A stretch of DNA of 64,000 nucleotides from Minisyncoccota bacterium (GTDB taxonomy: Bacteria; Patescibacteriota; Minisyncoccia; Moranbacterales; UBA2206), in assembly GCA_031291955.1 (NCBI GenBank), contig JARLIA010000009.1:1772-65771 (forward strand), read 5' to 3'. Every line of letters starts with the position of its first letter. The first letter of the stretch is position 1. Positions 18,216 through 28,529 of the stretch are shown here, piece after piece. The notes beneath the pieces are model-generated. The model saw nothing but the letters and a program-made list of their open reading frames with translations. It was not told the origin of the DNA and did not search any database. The translations under genes and the position numbers were made by a program.

Positions 18216-20066
18216 ATGAAGAAAACAAAATTTTTTGATTTCGACCGTTTTCTTTTCGCAGCGCTAGTTTTGGTCCTGGCTGGATATTACGGAAAAATTA
18301 TTCCGCCATTTTGGGACGATTCTCTCTTGGCTTTTTTTGCCAGTATCGGCACTCTGCCAGTTCTCCTTTCGGCCGCCCGCTCCGTCCGGCAGAAAAAGAT
18401 TAATGTTGATCTTCTGGCGGCCGTCGCTTTAATCGTCTCCATTCTTAATTTGCAATGGGCTTCGGCCGTTTTCATAAACCTAATGCTAACCTCGGCCCGG
18501 ATCCTGGCCGACTATACCGACCAAAAATCCCGCCGGGCCATCAAGAGTCTTCTAAAGCTCCGCCCCGAGCGAGTCAAGATTAAAAAAGACGGCACGATTT
18601 CCAAGGTATCCGTTTCCAAAATAAAAAAGGGCGACTTGGTCGTAATCGAAATGGGAGACCGAATTCCGGTCGATGGCACCGTGATCAGTGGCGAAGCACT
18701 GCTTGACCAGTCCTCCCTCACCGGAGAATCGTTGCCGATCGAGAAAGCCAAGGGTGACAAAGTTCTAAGTTCCACCCTCAATGTTTCCGGTTCGCTCATC
18801 ATCAGTGCCGAAAAGGTGGGAAAGGATACTACTTTTGAAAAAATCATCCACTTAGTGGAACAATCCCAGCAAGACAAAAAAGGCATTGTAACCCTGGCTG
18901 ACAAGTTTGCCAGCATCTATATCATCGCCAGTTTCATTGGCGCTCTCGTTATCTATTTTGTTTCCGGCAGTCTGACTTTGGTTCTTTCCGTTTTATTAGT
19001 CACTTGTGCCGACGATATTGCCGTAGCCATCCCCATGGCTTTTTCGGCCGCAATCGGAACAGCCGCCCGGCAAGGCATTATCATAAAAGGCGGCACCTAC
19101 CTCGAAGGTTTGGCCAAGGTTAAAACACTGCTTCTGGATAAAACAGGTACCATCACCAAAGGCCGGCTCCGCGTGGCCAAAATTATCCCCTTGACCGATC
19201 TGGATAAAGACGAAATTTTGCGGCTGGCTGCCATGGCCGAATTTTTCTCCGAGCATCCGATTGCCAAATCCATCATCCGGGCGGCCGAAGAAAAAAAACT
19301 GTCTTTTGAAAAACCGGAGGATTTTTCCGAGGTTTCCGGCAAAGGTTCATCAGCTGTTTGGAGAAACAAAACGATCCTTTGCGGAAAAAGAAAATTTTTT
19401 GAAGAACGCCGCTTTCATTTTTCTCCGGAACAGAATAAGACCCTGGATAATTTGACCCGAAAAGAAGTCGGCAACATCATGCTTGTTGGTTACGGAGAAA
19501 ATTTGATCGGATTCATCGTGCTGGAAGACGAAGTGCGGGCCGAAGTCAAAGATTCGTTGGTTAAGTTAAAGAATTTAGGCGTGGAAAACATCATCATGCT
19601 AACCGGTGACAATCTGCAAACAGCCCAAGAAGTGGCCCGGGAGATCAAGGTGGACGCCTGGCACGCCGACCTCCTCCCTCAGGATAAACTAGTTTATCTG
19701 CGAAAATATTTAAAGGGAAACGGAAAGACGGCCATGATCGGCGACGGCGTCAATGACGCCGCCGCTCTGGCGCTGGCCGATGTGGGAATTGCCATGGGAG
19801 CCATCGGCACCGACGCCGCCATCGAAGCGGCTGACGTGGCTCTCATGCGGGACGATTTTTCCGAAGTGCCGCGGGCGTTCGCGCTCGGGCGAAGTGTCAT
19901 GCGCGTTGCCCGCCAGAATTTTTTTCTCTGGGCGGTCGTCAACGCAGCCGGTTTGTTTTTGGTTTTTGCCCACGTAATTGGACCGCAAGGCGCAGCTGCT
20001 TATAACTTCGTAACCGACTTTTTCCCGATTGCCAATTCTCTCCGACTCTTTTCCTATAAAGTCTGA
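18216..20066 (+). CDS. P1B-type heavy-metal ATPase with atypical TCADD motif
   Basis: TGES, DKTGT, SEHP, GDGVND; no N-terminal HMA domain. Confidence 0.9.
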   Translation: MKKTKFFDFDRFLFAALVLVLAGYYGKIIPPFWDDSLLAFFASIGTLPVLLSAARSVRQKKINVDLLAAVALIVSILNLQWASAVFINLMLTSARILADYTDQKSRRAIKSLLKLRPERVKIKKDGTISKVSVSKIKKGDLVVIEMGDRIPVDGTVISGEALLDQSSLTGESLPIEKAKGDKVLSSTLNVSGSLIISAEKVGKDTTFEKIIHLVEQSQQDKKGIVTLADKFASIYIIASFIGALVIYFVSGSLTLVLSVLLVTCADDIAVAIPMAFSAAIGTAARQGIIIKGGTYLEGLAKVKTLLLDKTGTITKGRLRVAKIIPLTDLDKDEILRLAAMAEFFSEHPIAKSIIRAAEEKKLSFEKPEDFSEVSGKGSSAVWRNKTILCGKRKFFEERRFHFSPEQNKTLDNLTRKEVGNIMLVGYGENLIGFIVLEDEVRAEVKDSLVKLKNLGVENIIMLTGDNLQTAQEVAREIKVDAWHADLLPQDKLVYLRKYLKGNGKTAMIGDGVNDAAALALADVGIAMGAIGTDAAIEAADVALMRDDFSEVPRAFALGRSVMRVARQNFFLWAVVNAAGLFLVFAHVIGPQGAAAYNFVTDFFPIANSLRLFSYKV

Positions 20067-20195
20067 AATCAGCCAGCGGTTGCTTTTTGGGTAAAACTAT
20101 GCTATACTGGAAACAGAATAGAGGAAAAGGAAAACGGGTGGATCCCCGTTTTTTGCCTTTTTAAAAGCTGATTTTGCCAAAAGTAATATAAAAAA

Positions 20196-20819
20196 ATGAA
20201 ACCGACCACCCAAAATTCGACTCCTGAAAATCCCTTCCGCCACCGCTTCGACTCGCATGGTGCCAGGAAAATCATCCTCTTGTTTTTGATCGTGCTGGTC
20301 CTATTCTTTGATTTGGTGATTTTAGGTTGGAGCAAAATGATTGCCAGAGAATTCAAACCTCAGCAAATTTCTCAAAACCTCCCCACCCCCATGGAACGGA
20401 ATATTGGCCGCATGACCCGAGGATACCCGATTGAAAAAATGACGCCGCTCATCGCGCGTCAAAACAAAACTACGGCCGCCTTCTTGGTGAGTGTCGCCAA
20501 ACAAGAAAGTGATTGGGGCAATCATGTGCCGGTGCTCGATGGCCAGGATTGTTACAACTATTGGGGTTTCCGCGGTCAAAGCGTGCGCATGTCTCACGAT
20601 GGTTTCACTTGTTTCGACAATCCACAACAGGCGGTCAACACGGTCGCCAAGCGTTTCAACAATCTCATCAACAATTCCAGTTTGGATACCCCGCAAGAGA
20701 TGGTCGTTTGGGAATGCGGACATGACTGCGCCAACCGCTCTTCACAAGAAACTTCCACCTGGATCAATGGCGTCAGTTATTATTTCGACAAGCTCTGTCC
20801 AAACAGGGACCAGGGATAA
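20196..20819 (+). CDS. Membrane-anchored lysozyme-like/glucosaminidase-like protein
   Basis: AKQESDWG..CYNYWG; one TM. Confidence 0.6.
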   Translation: MKPTTQNSTPENPFRHRFDSHGARKIILLFLIVLVLFFDLVILGWSKMIAREFKPQQISQNLPTPMERNIGRMTRGYPIEKMTPLIARQNKTTAAFLVSVAKQESDWGNHVPVLDGQDCYNYWGFRGQSVRMSHDGFTCFDNPQQAVNTVAKRFNNLINNSSLDTPQEMVVWECGHDCANRSSQETSTWINGVSYYFDKLCPNRDQG

Positions 20820-20850
20820 CTAAAAAAAGTTTATTTCCTCTTCCTAAAAT

Positions 20851-20886
20851 AAAGTCTCCGCATTCAAGTATGCGGGAGACTTTTTT
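20851..20886. terminator. Intrinsic terminator between convergent genes
   Basis: aaagtctccgcat..atgcgggagactttttt. Confidence 0.7.
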
Positions 20887-20974
20887 ATTTTTAGCTAAGT
20901 CCCGTAATTACAACCCGTGAGACTGAAGTGCATTACCATTCTTTCCTGCCGCATTTTAAGATGCGGCAGTATTT

Positions 20975-23146
20975 CTATGTTGAATTGTTCTTTTTTATGA
21001 TCCGCAAGCTGTTCATCACCACCGAAACCGAGCTGAACGCCATCGCGGTAGCCGCAATGGTCGGATTAAGGAATCCGAGGGCGGCCAAAGGAATGGCGAC
21101 GATGTTGTAGAAAAAAGCCCAGAACAGATTTTGCTTGATAGTTTTAAAAGTAATTTTGGAAAGCTTGATCACCTCCAACACTTTATTGAGATTATTTTGC
21201 ATCAAGATTACTTGGCCGGCTTCTTTGGCAATGTCCGCTCCGCCGCCCATGGCAATACCCAAATCCGCTTGAACTAAACTCGGCGCGTCGTTGATGCCGT
21301 CGCCAGCAAAAATTATCTTCTCGCCCTGCGCCTGCAGTTTTTTGATCGCGGCCGCTTTTTCGTCCGGCAAAACTTCGGCGATAATATTTTCTATTCCCAA
21401 CTGGCGCCCGACCGCTTCGGCCGTTTTCCGGTTGTCGCCAGTAATCATAGCCACTTTCAGTCCGAGAGATTTTATTTTTTCAATCACTTCCTCAGCCTCT
21501 TCGCGCGCTTCATCGGCCACATCTAGCGCGCCAATAACTTTCCCATCATAAGCCACAAAAAGGTTCGCTCCCGACTTGGACATTTGATGTCCAAGCGAAA
21601 ATGCGCCCTTATCCGACATGAATTTCGCATTGCCAAGAATAATTTCTTTCTCGTCAAAAGAAAGATTGGCCACCACTCCTTTTCCCCTCACTTCGGAAAA
21701 ATTTCTAATTTCCAAAAGCGGAATATTTCTACTTTCGGCATATTTAAAAACGGCGCGCGACAACGGATGTTCTGAATTTCTAGCAAGAGATACCGCGATT
21801 TCCAAAATTCGGTCCGTATCGGTGCCCGGCTCTGAAAAGATATTTTTTATTTCCGGTTTTCCCTTGGTCAGCGTGCCGGTCTTGTCGAAAACCGCCATAG
21901 TGATATTTTTGGCCCGCTCGAAACTCTCCCCGTTTTTGAAAAGTATCCCTTCGCGCGCGCCGCGTCCTGAGCCGACCATAATGGCCGTGGGCGTCGCCAG
22001 CCCTAAAGCACACGGGCAAGCAATCACTAAAACCGCCACGGCGTTGATGAGTGATGCAGAAAAGTTGCCCGACAAGACATACCAGACTAAAAAAGTGACG
22101 CCCGCGATGCCAATTACCATGGGCACAAATATTCCCGCCACTTGATCGGCCAGTTTTTGGATCGGCGCTTTCGAGCCTTGCGCCTCTTCGACAGTTTTAA
22201 CAATTTGGGAAAGCACGGTGCCTTCGCCAGTCTTGGTCACTTTTATTTTTATAACGCCATCCTGGTTAAGCGTGGCGCCATAAACTTTGGCGGAAATATC
22301 TTTTTCCACCGGCAGTGACTCTCCCGTCAGCATTGATTCGTCCACGTTGGATTCGCCTCCTACGACTTCGCCGTCCAGCGGAATTTTCTCGCCCGGTTTT
22401 ACCAGCAGGATATCGCCGATTTTAATTTCATCCACATCCATTTCCTGTTCATTGTTGCCGACTACGCGCCGCGCTTTCTTGGCGCCCAACTCCATTAGTT
22501 TGGCCATCGCCTCCCCGGCCCGTCCAGTGGAGAGACTTTCAAAATATTTTCCCAAAAGAATCAAGGCCGTGATAAGGGCCGCCGACTCGAAATATGTCTC
22601 TTTTCCAGCGAAAGCCGCCCACAAACTGTAAAAAAACGCAATCAAGGTGCCGAGCGAAACCAGCGTATCCATATTCACCCGAAAACGCTTGATCTGCCGG
22701 AAGGCCATTTTGTGAAAGCGCCGACCGAAATAAAACGCCACAATTCCGGCTAAAACGATATTGATCCAAACAATTATATCCAAACTGAAAAATATCATTC
22801 CGGTTTCAATTTTGAAAAACATCTGAAAAAGGAGCGGCAAACTCAAGACGCCCGCCCAGACAAATTCTTTTAGATTGGTCGCTGGATCTTTTGCCGCATA
22901 ACGATGGTCACCGTAATCCGCCAACTGGTCGTCTTCGGCGATATCATAGCCATTTCCCCGGATTACTTTCTTAACCCGTTCTTCGGTCAATCTGTCCGTA
23001 TCGTAATCCACGTAGGCTTTTTGAGCGGCAAAATTAACGGTAGCCGAAATAATCCCTTCAGTCTTAGTCAAGGCTTTTTCATTGGAAAGCGCGCAACTGG
23101 CACAATGCATGCCGGTTACTTTCAAAATAATCTTCTTTTTATTCAT
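20975..23146 (-). CDS. copA: Cu(I)-exporting P1B-1 ATPase
   Basis: GMHCASC, CPC, DKTGT, YN and MAFSS motifs. Confidence 0.92.
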   Translation of the reverse strand: MNKKKIILKVTGMHCASCALSNEKALTKTEGIISATVNFAAQKAYVDYDTDRLTEERVKKVIRGNGYDIAEDDQLADYGDHRYAAKDPATNLKEFVWAGVLSLPLLFQMFFKIETGMIFFSLDIIVWINIVLAGIVAFYFGRRFHKMAFRQIKRFRVNMDTLVSLGTLIAFFYSLWAAFAGKETYFESAALITALILLGKYFESLSTGRAGEAMAKLMELGAKKARRVVGNNEQEMDVDEIKIGDILLVKPGEKIPLDGEVVGGESNVDESMLTGESLPVEKDISAKVYGATLNQDGVIKIKVTKTGEGTVLSQIVKTVEEAQGSKAPIQKLADQVAGIFVPMVIGIAGVTFLVWYVLSGNFSASLINAVAVLVIACPCALGLATPTAIMVGSGRGAREGILFKNGESFERAKNITMAVFDKTGTLTKGKPEIKNIFSEPGTDTDRILEIAVSLARNSEHPLSRAVFKYAESRNIPLLEIRNFSEVRGKGVVANLSFDEKEIILGNAKFMSDKGAFSLGHQMSKSGANLFVAYDGKVIGALDVADEAREEAEEVIEKIKSLGLKVAMITGDNRKTAEAVGRQLGIENIIAEVLPDEKAAAIKKLQAQGEKIIFAGDGINDAPSLVQADLGIAMGGGADIAKEAGQVILMQNNLNKVLEVIKLSKITFKTIKQNLFWAFFYNIVAIPLAALGFLNPTIAATAMAFSSVSVVMNSLRIIKKNNST

Positions 23147-23170
23147 AAAATTAAAACCCATTAACTATCA

Positions 23171-24559
23171 CTACTCAATTATAAATTTCCCTGTATACAT
23201 CCCCATCGAACAGCTAAAGGCGATTGTGCCGGTTTGAGTGGGGGTAAATTCGATGTCGTTTTCTCCAGAATTCAAATGCTGACTGATGTTATAGGCCGGC
23301 ATTTCGATGGTCGAAGCGCATGAATACGGTTCTCGGCCGTTGATCTCCCATTTGACCGGCACGCCCTTTTTGATCGTAAACTCATGGGGCGAATAACCAT
23401 TCCCGTTTTCTTCCATATGAACAACTTGCGCGCCGTTTTCCATCGTCACGTTCGGATTATTTTGAGGCGCACTGTCGGGAGCGGCAGTCACAGCAATTTG
23501 GTTGGGATTTTGAGGCGCTGAATTTAATTGCAAGCCGCCAAGAGTAAAACCGTTCCGAATATTGACCAAGGCAAAAAGAATAACCAAAACACCTGCGAAT
23601 TTGAAAAACCGCTTGGCCAAAGTTCCGCGAACGGCGGCCGTCAAACCCCCGATCCCCAAAAGGCCAGGCACCGTCCCCAAAGCAAAAGTACCCATCACCA
23701 ACGCCCCGCCCAGGAAACTCCCGGTGCTAACGGCAAAGATCTGCATGGCTTGCGTGAAACCGCAGGGCAGAAAAAATGTCAGAATGCCCAGCGGAAAAGC
23801 CGCTTCCCCGTTTTCCTTTGCTTTGCGTCCGAAAAGACCGAAAGTGCGACTGACCGATTTTGGCAGAGTCAGCTTGAACGAACTGACAACCGGAAAAATT
23901 TCAATCAGTTGAAGACCCATCAGCAGCATAACCAGTCCCACTAGAACCATAATAACGGCCAGCGCCAGGCCGGAAAGCTGGAAAACCGAACCGATCATCC
24001 CCAGAAGCCCGCCCAAAAGAGCAAAGCCCAGAACCCGACCCAGATTGAAATAAAGGTGGGGTTTGATTTTTTCAACGATCGAAGATTGCGGATGCTTTTC
24101 GGCGTAGCGGGTGGAAATCCCCAGCACTAAGCCGCCCACCACCACCATGCACGATGAAACCCCGGCCGTAAGACCAACCAAAAGAATCACCAAAAAACCG
24201 GTCGGGGCGCTGGCCACACCGCCGAGATTAATATCGATAAGTCCCAGGCTTTTCAAAATGAAATAGATTCCAAAAATAAGGAGGAGGGCCACGCCTAGAT
24301 CCTTATAATCGCTCGGATTTTTGCTGACGAAAAATTTTTTTTCGGAAGAACCGACGGAATAGCCAGCCACCCGAATCGCTTCTTCCACTTTTTTATCGTC
24401 CGGTTTTTTATTTTCGTAAAATATTTCCACCGCCCCTCGCTTGGAACTGGCGATTGTTTTTTCCACGCCGGAAATTTTTCCCAATTCGTCTTCAATGGCC
24501 ATTTCGCACGATCGGCAATGCATCCCGGCAATCTTCAAAACGATTTTTTGGTTAGCCAT
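23171..24559 (-). CDS. HMA + DsbD_2/sulfite-exporter TM + cupredoxin fusion protein
   Basis: GMHCRSC, SSCM, PCG, C-terminal CSMGM. Confidence 0.85.
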   Translation of the reverse strand: MANQKIVLKIAGMHCRSCEMAIEDELGKISGVEKTIASSKRGAVEIFYENKKPDDKKVEEAIRVAGYSVGSSEKKFFVSKNPSDYKDLGVALLLIFGIYFILKSLGLIDINLGGVASAPTGFLVILLVGLTAGVSSCMVVVGGLVLGISTRYAEKHPQSSIVEKIKPHLYFNLGRVLGFALLGGLLGMIGSVFQLSGLALAVIMVLVGLVMLLMGLQLIEIFPVVSSFKLTLPKSVSRTFGLFGRKAKENGEAAFPLGILTFFLPCGFTQAMQIFAVSTGSFLGGALVMGTFALGTVPGLLGIGGLTAAVRGTLAKRFFKFAGVLVILFALVNIRNGFTLGGLQLNSAPQNPNQIAVTAAPDSAPQNNPNVTMENGAQVVHMEENGNGYSPHEFTIKKGVPVKWEINGREPYSCASTIEMPAYNISQHLNSGENDIEFTPTQTGTIAFSCSMGMYTGKFIIE

Positions 24560-24569
24560 AAAATTTTAA

Positions 24570-24836
24570 TCATTCACTTAGTTTATTAATCGCCAGAATC
24601 TCGGCAATCATTTCTTTTTTTCTTCTCTCATTCGTTCCCCGCATAGCGGCTGCAAAGCAACTATTGAGATGTCCCTCCAAAACCCGCCCATTAGCCGATT
24701 TCAAAAGGCCGATGACCGCCAGGTTCTGTTGGATGATGTCAATGCAATATTCGCCGTCCTCCACCATCCGGATGATGTTGCCCAAATGGCTGTGCGCCTT
24801 CTTGAGCGCGATGATTGTTTTTTTATTCTCTTCCAT
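24570..24836 (-). CDS. csoR: CsoR family metal-sensing repressor
   Basis: YCIDIIQQ..HLNSC (C-H-C fingerprint); first gene of copper operon. Confidence 0.88.
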   Translation of the reverse strand: MEENKKTIIALKKAHSHLGNIIRMVEDGEYCIDIIQQNLAVIGLLKSANGRVLEGHLNSCFAAAMRGTNERRKKEMIAEILAINKLSE

Positions 24837-24865
24837 ATGGTTTGAAAAATTTAAGATTTTGATTA

Positions 24866-24911
24866 TACCTCCCCCCTAGGTACATTATATCTGGTCATTG
24901 GGACATGTCAA
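24866..24911 (-). promoter_or_regulatory. Sigma70 promoter TTGACA-16-TATAAT with CsoR-type operator
   Basis: -35 at 24906-24911, -10 at 24884-24889; operator TACCTCCCCCCTAGGTA (+ strand) at 24866-24882. Confidence 0.75.
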
Positions 24912-24968
24912 CTCAAAAGAATAAAGAAAGCCGCCTTTTTGTAATAATGACAGCCCATCCAAAAATAT

Positions 24969-25316
24969 ATGCTCAAAACCAAGCGCATTTATGAAAAACC
25001 GGAAAAAAGTGACGGAACCCGGGTTCTAGTTGATCGCTTATGGCCGCGCGGGGTCAAAAAAGAAGAAGCTCTCATTGATTTATGGTTGAAAGAAGCGGCT
25101 CCCAGTCTCCGCCTCCGGCAATGGTATGCCCATGATCCGCGCCGCTGGCAGGATTTCAAAAAGAAATATTTCCGGGAATTAAAAGATAAGAACGATCTCA
25201 CTAAAAAAATCGCTTCCATGAATAAAAGGCATGTCGTAACGCTTCTTTTTGCCGCCAAAGAAGAGCGGATGAATCAAGCCGACGCGCTGAAGCAGTTCAT
25301 TGAGAAGAATTATTAA
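24969..25316 (+). CDS. DUF488/YeaO family protein
   Basis: KRIYE, DGTRVLVDRLWPRG, APS. Confidence 0.9.
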   Translation: MLKTKRIYEKPEKSDGTRVLVDRLWPRGVKKEEALIDLWLKEAAPSLRLRQWYAHDPRRWQDFKKKYFRELKDKNDLTKKIASMNKRHVVTLLFAAKEERMNQADALKQFIEKNY

Positions 25317-25320
25317 CTAT

Positions 25321-25354
25321 AAAAAGGGCTAAGCATAAATTTGCTCAACCCTTT
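25321..25354 (-). terminator. Intrinsic terminator
   Basis: AAAGGGTTGAGCA..TGCTTAGCCCTTTTT. Confidence 0.65.
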
Positions 25355-25554
25355 ATATTTTTTCCTGGAAGAGTCCAGGGCTAATCCTTCTCTAGCGACC
25401 CATTTTCCGGAACAGGCTTTCCACTGTCCGCATAATCATCCTCTCAATCAGACTGATAAGTGTGGGGCATAAGAGCCACCTCCTTCTTTATTTTGACATG
25501 TGGCAAGTGCGCTTGCGCAAGGTTCTGCGCTTTTTCGTGCCTGCCAAATAACGA

Positions 25555-25857
25555 CTACGGACTTTCAAAAATTCCGTAACTTCCCCCTCCGAACCGGGCG
25601 TTATGTCCTTCGGGTGTGATACGTTGATCGTATGCCACCGCAGGCCAAAGAGATTCCCTCTGAACAAAAGCCACTCCGGGATTTTCTTTCACAATCACCT
25701 CAGCCTCGGAAAAATTAACTGCCGACCCACAATCCAAGGTAATCACATTTCCTCGGATTTTAACCCCAAGATTGCCTGGAACACTCTTTTCGATTTCCGC
25801 CGAAATTTCCGCCACCCTAGAGATGTGACTGTTCTTGATGAAAGCATGAATAATCAT
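25555..25857 (-). CDS. Hypothetical protein (100 aa)
   Basis: AAAGGGG Shine-Dalgarno; follows the 51-aa ORF. Confidence 0.6.
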   Translation of the reverse strand: MIIHAFIKNSHISRVAEISAEIEKSVPGNLGVKIRGNVITLDCGSAVNFSEAEVIVKENPGVAFVQRESLWPAVAYDQRITPEGHNARFGGGSYGIFESP

Positions 25858-25875
25858 GATAACCCCTTTCTTTTC

Positions 25876-26031
25876 TTACCAATTCTCCTCTACGTAGCAA
25901 AATTCCGCCTCGGATAGTTTGGCCAAAAAATCACACAGATTATCATGCGCTCCATTGCCCAAAAGAGATGTCTGCTTCCTCAACTCTTCCTCGATACATG
26001 CAGGCCTAACTTTTTTTTCATCGAATGCCAT
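25876..26031 (-). CDS. Small hypothetical protein (51 aa)
   Basis: Manual ORF MAFDEKKVRPACIEEELRKQTSLLGNGAHDNLCDFLAKLSEAEFCYVEENW; GAGGGGGTG Shine-Dalgarno. Confidence 0.6.
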   Translation of the reverse strand: MAFDEKKVRPACIEEELRKQTSLLGNGAHDNLCDFLAKLSEAEFCYVEENW

Positions 26032-26069
26032 TTCCAAACGAACACCCCCTCTCTATTTTTTTAAGAACT

Positions 26070-26102
26070 AAAAAACCGATCTCCCTACGAGATCGGTTTT
26101 GG
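26070..26102 (-). terminator. Terminator downstream of Phe-rich leader (candidate attenuator)
   Basis: AAAACCGATCTC-loop-GAGATCGGTTTTTT. Confidence 0.8.
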
Positions 26103-26125
26103 ACTTGGGAAAATGTTTTTGAAGC

Positions 26126-26221
26126 TTAGACTTGATTCATTTTCACGAAACCAAAACCGATCTGGAAGAACCAGAAATAAAAGAAGTTAAAGCTAAAATA
26201 GTTGTTGGTCTGCTTTCTCAT
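26126..26221 (-). CDS. Phe/aromatic-rich leader peptide (31 aa)
   Basis: MRKQTNNYFSFNFFYFWFFQIGFGFVKMNQV; ATG 6 nt after the -10 element. Confidence 0.65.
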   Translation of the reverse strand: MRKQTNNYFSFNFFYFWFFQIGFGFVKMNQV

Positions 26222-26227
26222 AATATG

Positions 26228-26256
26228 ATGTTAGCAAGGGTTGGTTTTTTTGTCAA
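26228..26256 (-). promoter_or_regulatory. Sigma70 promoter TTGACA-17-TAACAT (extended -10)
   Basis: -35 at 26251-26256, TGn, -10 at 26228-26233. Confidence 0.7.
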
Positions 26257-26272
26257 TATATACATAGACCAG

Positions 26273-26305
26273 AAAAAAGACCGGTTTTTGCTAAAACCGG
26301 TCTGG
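26273..26305 (-). terminator. Intrinsic terminator of Cys-rich ORF pair
   Basis: AGACCGGTTTT..AAAACCGGTCTTTTTT. Confidence 0.7.
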
Positions 26306-26336
26306 GGCCATTTGGCCAGTGGCGGGCTGCTGCCCA

Positions 26337-26654
26337 TCAACAATTCGCCGAGGGAACCACAAAAGCGTTTCCGGCAGATTTTACGGCGTCTTTGCACAAA
26401 TGGACATTGTTAGCATGAAAGCAGCAAGCGGAACATCTGGGATTCGTCCCAATCTTTTTGCCACATTCTTGACATATCGAGATTTGTAGTCCCATGTCTT
26501 TTCGAACACCTTCCATTTCCATAACTTCTCCTTTCGCGCTAAGGTAAAAAACGCAAGTATCTTGTTGCTGACAGCCCGGATGGCCATCATTCCTCTTTTC
26601 ACCAAAACATTCTTGGATACATACCCCTTTCTTCCTTCCTTGGTTTTTTTTCAT
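26337..26654 (-). CDS. Cys-rich small protein (105 aa, 11 Cys)
   Basis: CQEC, CSACC; ATGA overlap with upstream ORF; AGGGAG Shine-Dalgarno. Confidence 0.6.
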   Translation of the reverse strand: MKKNQGRKKGVCIQECFGEKRNDGHPGCQQQDTCVFYLSAKGEVMEMEGVRKDMGLQISICQECGKKIGTNPRCSACCFHANNVHLCKDAVKSAGNAFVVPSANC

Positions 26655-26812
26655 GATGGATTCTCCCTGAATAGACGAAGCCCGGGACATCTTTTCTCAT
26701 AAACACATCTGCCTTGAAAAATGGTTCCGGAACAAATATGGCATCTGCCGCAAATTATAATACGGACACATCTATTTGCCTCTCGGATAAAAAATGTTTT
26801 TAAGGTACGCAT
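26651..26812 (-). CDS. Cys-rich small protein (53 aa, 6 Cys)
   Basis: MRTLKTFF..CGRCHIC..; AAGGAG Shine-Dalgarno. Confidence 0.5.
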   Translation of the reverse strand: MRTLKTFFIREANRCVRIIICGRCHICSGTIFQGRCVYEKRCPGLRLFRENPS

Positions 26813-26849
26813 CTTTTTCTCCTTTTGCGACGCGGCGCATAATTTGCCT

Positions 26850-26884
26850 AAAAACAAAAACGCCCCCGCCTGAGCGGGGCCGTT
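26850..26884 (-). terminator. Terminator downstream of Asn-rich leader
   Basis: AACGGCCCCGC-TCAG-GCGGGGGCGTTTTTGTTTT. Confidence 0.75.
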
Positions 26885-26908
26885 CGGGTTTTGAGAAAAA
26901 CTTTTCAA

Positions 26909-26977
26909 TCAAAACTCAAATAGTGCCGCCTTGGCGGTATTATTATTGTTTTGATTATTATTGTTTCTCTGCTTCAT
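26909..26977 (-). CDS. Asn-rich leader peptide (22 aa)
   Basis: MKQRNNNNQNNNNTAKAALFEF; ATG 6 nt after the -10 element. Confidence 0.6.
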   Translation of the reverse strand: MKQRNNNNQNNNNTAKAALFEF

Positions 26978-26983
26978 AAAAAT

Positions 26984-27011
26984 ATCTTAGCACTTCCAAA
27001 AATATTGTCAA
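26984..27011 (-). promoter_or_regulatory. Sigma70 promoter TTGACA-16-TAAGAT (extended -10)
   Basis: -35 at 27006-27011, TGn, -10 at 26984-26989. Confidence 0.65.
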
Positions 27012-27051
27012 ATTCGATTCCATTCGCTAAAATTCGCTCGTCTTTCGCGAT

Positions 27052-28404
<1,353 letters not shown>

Positions 28405-28529
28405 ATGAATAAATAAAACTTTACAATTTACTCTTCGTGCGGCCACGCTTAATTATTACAAAAATATCCGGCTATATAGTTAAAACGACAAGCACCCGCG
28501 ATGAGGCGGGAAACATAAAAAAAATTATT

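Noticed and set aside
26132-26413. Plus-strand 93-aa ORF over the Phe leader
   Set aside because: TTG start without SD, and it crosses a minus-strand promoter and terminator; the minus-strand reading explains the region better.
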